Source: a virus (lineage: Duplodnaviria > Heunggongvirae > Uroviricota > Caudoviricetes). Taken from it: 64,000 nucleotides of DNA. The position numbers were made by a program, and so were the translations under genes. The DNA lies in the IMG/VR virus record IMGVR_UViG_3300042340_000144. One strand, given 5' to 3'. Positions 59,410 to 64,000 of this stretch are shown one piece after another. Under the pieces are notes generated by a model. It was not told where the DNA came from and made no database searches. It was given only the letters and a program-made list of their open reading frames with translations. Positions within the stretch are counted from its first letter, which is position 1. Each line of letters begins with the position of its first letter.

Positions 59410-59868
59410 TTAATTATTACTATTTTTATAACTGTTAATTAATCTTAATACTTTGTCAGCTTTAGATAAATTAACTTGTTTATCATCTTCTGTTAGATCA
59501 GTATAATAAGCATTTGCTCTATACTGTTCATCCATTGTTAGTTCAACTTGAATAATATCATTAGCCCAAATATCATGCATTAAAGAAGCTAAACCCTGCC
59601 TAACATCTTCTGCTTCATAATTACTTAAAGAATCATTAATAGTTCTTAGTAACTCATTCTCTTTATTAAGTTTATGAATCTCATATAACCAGCCAATAAT
59701 CCAAGTAAGACAAATAAAACTATTTATATAAATAGTTGCAACGCCAAATAAATCAAACCAAGTTAAAATAAATAAACCAATACTAATATACCTATAATAC
59801 CTATTAAAAGCAAATACTTCTAACAAGTTAATAACATACTTTTTAATCTTTCTAAATACATATGACAT
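59410..59868 (-). CDS. membrane protein (two TM)
   Basis: 152 aa; ISIGLFILTWFDLFGVATIYINSFICLTWIIGWL. Confidence 0.4.
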   Translation of the reverse strand: MSYVFRKIKKYVINLLEVFAFNRYYRYISIGLFILTWFDLFGVATIYINSFICLTWIIGWLYEIHKLNKENELLRTINDSLSNYEAEDVRQGLASLMHDIWANDIIQVELTMDEQYRANAYYTDLTEDDKQVNLSKADKVLRLINSYKNSNN

Positions 59869-59893
59869 AATATTTTATTCCTTTATTTATTAA

Positions 59894-60424
59894 TTAATTT
59901 AAATTAAACTTATCTCTATAAAACTTAACTGCTTGTTGTCTACTATTAAACAAGTATATATCATCACTATAGGGTGGATAGTCATAGAATGAAAAGGTTT
60001 TGTTAGTGGCCTTATTTAAAAAACTAACAATGTTATAACTATATATAAAGTAAAAATTAAACTCTCTTCTTATAGTTTTAACAACAACATTTATAGGTGG
60101 CAAATCTTTATAAATGGCCCAATATTCATCATCAATTTTTAAGTCCTTATAAATACTCTTATTAGGAAATATATCTTTTACAACATCTTTATTATCTTCA
60201 AAGATGTTTGCAACTACTTGTTTAATTGTATATTCATTTACATCATCACAAGTACTAAATTCATCTTTATCCTCATCATTCAATACATTAAAATCAGTAA
60301 ATAATAAATCATCATAGTAATATGTAGGTACTACATATTTAACTTTAATATTATTTAATACAACTTTAACAATCTCATCTGATAAATGTAATTTATCTTT
60401 TAAATACTTAAGTAGTTTGTCCAT
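59894..60424 (-). CDS. hypothetical protein
   Basis: 176-aa ORF. Confidence 0.35.
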   Translation of the reverse strand: MDKLLKYLKDKLHLSDEIVKVVLNNIKVKYVVPTYYYDDLLFTDFNVLNDEDKDEFSTCDDVNEYTIKQVVANIFEDNKDVVKDIFPNKSIYKDLKIDDEYWAIYKDLPPINVVVKTIRREFNFYFIYSYNIVSFLNKATNKTFSFYDYPPYSDDIYLFNSRQQAVKFYRDKFNLN

Positions 60425-60932
60425 TTTGTTCCTTTATATAAGCTAAACCTTGATCTTCAGTTTCAAAGAATTTATCTAAATACTGACCACCAAACTTTAA
60501 AAAGTTTTTATCATTTGTAAACATTTGATTTATAGATCTTGCATTAACTTGATAATGTACATGTTCAGTTAATATATAATCATATTCTTTATCACAAACT
60601 GATTCTAAATCTTTATATATTTTAGTAACATTTATATTAAATAGTTTATTATATTTAACTTGATAGTATGTTTTATCTTCTTCAAAAAACTTATAAATTC
60701 TATTATCAATGTGTTTAACTTTATCTAAATTAGCCACTATAATGTCATCTATAAGTTGATTTATATGATCACTTGAATAGTTTAATTCATCCTCAGTATA
60801 AGTATAATTACTATACTTAGATTGCAACTTATAAATAGTAACAGGCACTACTTGTAGATTACTTTTAACTAGATCTAATACACTAGGATTTATATCTTGT
60901 TGTTCTAATAACTCATTAATGTTTATAGTCAT
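60408..60932 (-). CDS. hypothetical protein
   Basis: 174-aa ORF. Confidence 0.35.
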   Translation of the reverse strand: MTININELLEQQDINPSVLDLVKSNLQVVPVTIYKLQSKYSNYTYTEDELNYSSDHINQLIDDIIVANLDKVKHIDNRIYKFFEEDKTYYQVKYNKLFNINVTKIYKDLESVCDKEYDYILTEHVHYQVNARSINQMFTNDKNFLKFGGQYLDKFFETEDQGLAYIKEQNGQTT

Positions 60933-61504
60933 AAGTTAAAGGTATCTCCTTGTGTAATAACACCTCTTAAAATGTTAGTAACAATATCACTAGTAAAGTT
61001 TATAACATTACTTAGTTGATCCTGTTCAAACTTTGTAAAATTTGATAAAACCCAGTCTAATATAGTACTATTAATAGGCTGTCCAATGCCAACTTTAAGT
61101 CTATTAAAGTCTTCTGTTTGTAGCTGCTCTATAATACTTTTAATTCCCTTATGACCCCCAGCACTACCACTTTCTCTAAGTCTAATAGTGCCAAATGGTA
61201 AACTTATATCATCATATATAACAAGTATTTGAGATGGTAATAAACACATTTCATCTATAGTATTTTTAACAGATAAGCCACTATTATTCATACCTGTAGT
61301 TGGCTTTAAAAGAGCTACTAATTGCTTTTTACCAACACAAAGATAGCCCCTATAAATACTATTATTATATTTATATTCTGTTAAAGTTTGATACTCTTTA
61401 AGTAACTTATCAATAATCCTATATCCAATATTATGTCTAGTATTAATATACTTTAGTTCTGGATTACCCAGACCAACTATTAACTTTATATTACTAATTG
61501 TCAT
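60929..61504 (-). CDS. pth: peptidyl-tRNA hydrolase
   Basis: 191 aa; IKLIVGLGNPELKYINTRHNIGY (Pth N-terminal signature with catalytic His) and IYDDISLPFGTIRLRESGSAGGHKGIKSI (Pth GGHNGlkSi block). Confidence 0.8.
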   Translation of the reverse strand: MTISNIKLIVGLGNPELKYINTRHNIGYRIIDKLLKEYQTLTEYKYNNSIYRGYLCVGKKQLVALLKPTTGMNNSGLSVKNTIDEMCLLPSQILVIYDDISLPFGTIRLRESGSAGGHKGIKSIIEQLQTEDFNRLKVGIGQPINSTILDWVLSNFTKFEQDQLSNVINFTSDIVTNILRGVITQGDTFNL

Positions 61505-61516
61505 TATTGTTTAACT

Positions 61517-62008
61517 TTAATCCACTGGAGACATTAACAAATCAATTAAATCCTCTTTACTCTTTGCAAATAAAGGTCTAAACATACGCTGTTGATATAT
61601 TAAAATAGAGTTATCTTCTAAGATAAGATTGCAGTTTGGCATAAAATCTTCATTGTCATAATATAGATTAGTAATAAGTCCTGTTTTAATTTGTGGTCTA
61701 TATGTATTAGTTTTATCTAACCACCAGACATTATCACCGACTTTAAACTTTAATGATTTAGCTTTAAGTCTTGTAGCATCTTTATTTAAACTTTGTATAA
61801 GATCAATAAAATTGCCATAACATTTAGAATTTAATTCAATTAAAGTATTATCATTAGCATTAAATAATACTTCTAGATTTTTATATTTATATGTAATAAT
61901 ATGTTGCCAACTATCAACTAGATTCACGGCTCTATTAATTTCTTCCTTATCATCAGTTAATTTACTTAATTGATCTATAAGTATTTTTTGTTTATTAAAT
62001 TCTGTCAT
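61517..62008 (-). CDS. hypothetical protein, KFKVGD..WWLD paralog 1
   Basis: 163 aa; shares LKFKVGDNVWWLDKTNTYRPQIKTG with upstream neighbour. Confidence 0.4.
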   Translation of the reverse strand: MTEFNKQKILIDQLSKLTDDKEEINRAVNLVDSWQHIITYKYKNLEVLFNANDNTLIELNSKCYGNFIDLIQSLNKDATRLKAKSLKFKVGDNVWWLDKTNTYRPQIKTGLITNLYYDNEDFMPNCNLILEDNSILIYQQRMFRPLFAKSKEDLIDLLMSPVD

Positions 62009-62537
62009 TATTGTTTAACCAAATATTAATGGCCTCTTTAGCAGATTCAATTGATTTATAAATACTTTTAATGCTTACTTTATAATAAGAGGAAACATTT
62101 GTTAAATGTATATCTTTAGCAAGATGGTATTCTGAACTTAGAATACCTTGTTCTTTAACATATGCTATATCAATAGATAATCTATTATGATAATCATTAC
62201 TATTACACTTAACAACATAGACTAGTTGATTATAATCAAAAGGCCCAATCTTAGGAGGATAAAGTATATTAATAAGCTCTTCTTTAGTCTTTGCAACTAC
62301 TGTATTAGGACTCCAAACATAAGTAGTATTATCATCAATAACATACTTATATCTACTATAATACTTCTCCCATTCAATCTCTAAAATAGTATTATGTTTA
62401 ATTCTAGGCTTGTCTACACATCTAGTGTCTAACCACCAAATGTCATCACCAACTTTAAACTTTGTTGTCATATTATTGTTTATATTAGTATGTTTATAAA
62501 TAAAAACAAAAGGTGCTTTATATAAATTTAAAAGCAC
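61995..62537 (-). CDS. hypothetical protein, KFKVGD..WWLD paralog 2
   Basis: 180 aa; TKFKVGDDIWWLDTRCVDKPRIKHN. Confidence 0.4.
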   Translation of the reverse strand: MLLNLYKAPFVFIYKHTNINNNMTTKFKVGDDIWWLDTRCVDKPRIKHNTILEIEWEKYYSRYKYVIDDNTTYVWSPNTVVAKTKEELINILYPPKIGPFDYNQLVYVVKCNSNDYHNRLSIDIAYVKEQGILSSEYHLAKDIHLTNVSSYYKVSIKSIYKSIESAKEAINIWLNNNDRI

Positions 62538-62571
62538 CTTTTGTTATTTAATATTTAATTGTTATAAGAAC

Positions 62572-63516
62572 TTAATCTTCATCTTCTAAGTAGTAATCAT
62601 CATCACTATCATCATATGAATAATCTTCATCTTCTAAGTCATTATCTCCATCATAATCACCTAATGATTCAGTATTATAACCTCTATAAAGCACCTTAGC
62701 AATCTCACCTTGATCATATGTATATTCTGATAAAGGAGTATAAGCACAAGTTCTAATTTTACTATTGTTATAATCTCTAGGAATAGCAACAATGTCTGCT
62801 GGATCTACTTCACATAGTAGAATAGCATCATGTCCTGACACTGCTGAACCATAATAGGGTAAGTACTGCCATGAGCAGCAGTGGAGGCCCTGAGAGCACG
62901 TTACATCAATATTATCATCAACTTGATTCTTATTTACTCTTACTTCAATATTAAATCTTTGTTCAATTTTCTTTGTATATAAATCTAAGAACACTTCTTT
63001 GTCATCTGTTCTCTTTACAATCTTATACATGATTAAGTTACCATTCTCATTGATAACAATGTTATTAGCTTCAATGAAGTCAAACAAGCATCTATTAACT
63101 CTATAAGAAGGATTAAGTCTAACCTTTTCCCAGAACTTAATTAAAGGTGTAATAGAAGACTCATCTTGTTCATACATTGCAATAAGAGTTTTGTTTAAAG
63201 ATGGTGGTAGTGATTCTACTTGACCTTCTTTATTAACATAAGTTACTAAACCTTCTTTGGTAATAGTAACACCTAACTTAGTACTAACTTGAGTTACAAC
63301 ATCAAATAATTTAATAATAGCTTCTTCATCATTATCTTTAATAAGTTCTAATACTTTATTGTATTTATCCTCTTGTGTGGCTTTACTAACTGTTACTGGT
63401 TTGCCCTTAACAATTACATTTAAGGTGCCATTTGTGCTATTTAGAATATAATTAATCATTTGTTTCTTGTTCTTTTTCTGTATTATTATTATTTTGATGT
63501 TTGTTATAAAAATCAA
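62572..63516 (-). CDS. hypothetical protein with acidic D/E/Y-rich C-terminal tail
   Basis: 314 aa; probable true start MINYILN; ends DYDGDNDLEDEDYSYDDSDDDYYLEDED. Confidence 0.4.
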   Translation of the reverse strand: MIFITNIKIIIIQKKNKKQMINYILNSTNGTLNVIVKGKPVTVSKATQEDKYNKVLELIKDNDEEAIIKLFDVVTQVSTKLGVTITKEGLVTYVNKEGQVESLPPSLNKTLIAMYEQDESSITPLIKFWEKVRLNPSYRVNRCLFDFIEANNIVINENGNLIMYKIVKRTDDKEVFLDLYTKKIEQRFNIEVRVNKNQVDDNIDVTCSQGLHCCSWQYLPYYGSAVSGHDAILLCEVDPADIVAIPRDYNNSKIRTCAYTPLSEYTYDQGEIAKVLYRGYNTESLGDYDGDNDLEDEDYSYDDSDDDYYLEDED

Positions 63517-64000
63517 CTAGCTCAATGTAGTGTGTAATATGACTTTTATTTTGTATATTATTATAACCATAAGAACTAATACTACCTTTAATAATAGGAT
63601 ATGTATTATCTATATCTTCTATTAGATCTTTCATATTAAAAGAGCCCTGTTTAAGTTCTAACAGACCTTCACTAATAAAATGATTTATTAACTGTTTATG
63701 TTGTAACTTATTATCAAATACTTTAGCATCTTCTAAAAACATTGTTATAGGATGATTAGGATGTTCTTTAATAAAATCTGTTTTATATTCAATTTCATTA
63801 ATATAATTAAATCTATAATTGTTTAAATATAAAATAAAGTTACTATTTAAAACACTAAAATCATCTAGTATTAGTTGAATTAAATCAGTCCAACTATCTT
63901 TAACAAGACTTACATCATTAACAACATATATGTCTTTATTTATATAATTAAATAGTAAGGGTTTTAAATAATTATTAACATATTTATTATAAAATTCCAT
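63452..64000 (-). CDS. hypothetical protein (5' end outside window)
   Basis: ORF runs off the window edge; 182 aa visible. Confidence 0.3.
   Translation of the reverse strand: MEFYNKYVNNYLKPLLFNYINKDIYVVNDVSLVKDSWTDLIQLILDDFSVLNSNFILYLNNYRFNYINEIEYKTDFIKEHPNHPITMFLEDAKVFDNKLQHKQLINHFISEGLLELKQGSFNMKDLIEDIDNTYPIIKGSISSYGYNNIQNKSHITHYIELVDFYNKHQNNNNTEKEQETND

Overview
This 64-kb window is extremely AT-rich and densely packed, and reads as part of a large bacteriophage genome rather than host chromosome. GC looks like roughly a quarter by eye. No capsid, portal or terminase genes are present.

**Leftward block, about 0.2-35.1 kb.** Almost every gene is on the minus strand and encodes nucleotide-metabolism, replication or recombination functions:
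- photolyase, dTMP-kinase-like protein, an HNH homing endonuclease and an ABC/AAA-type ATPase;
- an ATP-dependent ligase-family protein and a weak PduO-type adenosyltransferase candidate;
- class II (AdoCbl-dependent) ribonucleotide reductase and a RuvC-like resolvase;
- DnaG-like primase, Dda/RecD-like helicase and an SF2 helicase;
- DnaX-type clamp loader, a beta-clamp-like protein and a UDG-fold protein;
- a family A DNA polymerase whose gene is split inside catalytic motif C by a 256-nt ORF-less group I intron;
- a RecA/UvsX recombinase.

**Rightward tail-fibre module, about 36.6-42.6 kb.**
- a fibre gene carrying four 141-bp tandem repeats;
- two paralogous mosaic fibres with conserved 5' ends and GC-rich foreign-looking 3' ends, separated by a scrambled relic;
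- a small assembly-chaperone-like gene, a GH19-type lysin and a convergent collar-domain fibre.

**Leftward accessory block, about 47.4-64 kb.**
- a five-gene operon ending in a MoxR ATPase, a VWA/metallopeptidase protein and a mini-lipoprotein;
- an HTH regulator;
- nine tandem paralogous small genes sharing an N-terminal KPIYIY block and a C-terminal LLQLVIAKWDDWN block, capped by a GIY-YIG endonuclease;
- an SPFH/band-7 protein with small membrane partners and a peptidyl-tRNA hydrolase.

Other features:
- one tRNA-like gene (anticodon UGU) with non-canonical positions;
- several perfect hairpin terminators, some overlapping stop codons;
- many short tandem repeats, including (AAAT)n tracts abutting start codons and in-frame codon repeats that produce poly-N, poly-D and SN tracts.

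All calls rest on motif recognition in the translated ORFs and on patterns read directly from the nucleotide sequence. No database searches were run.
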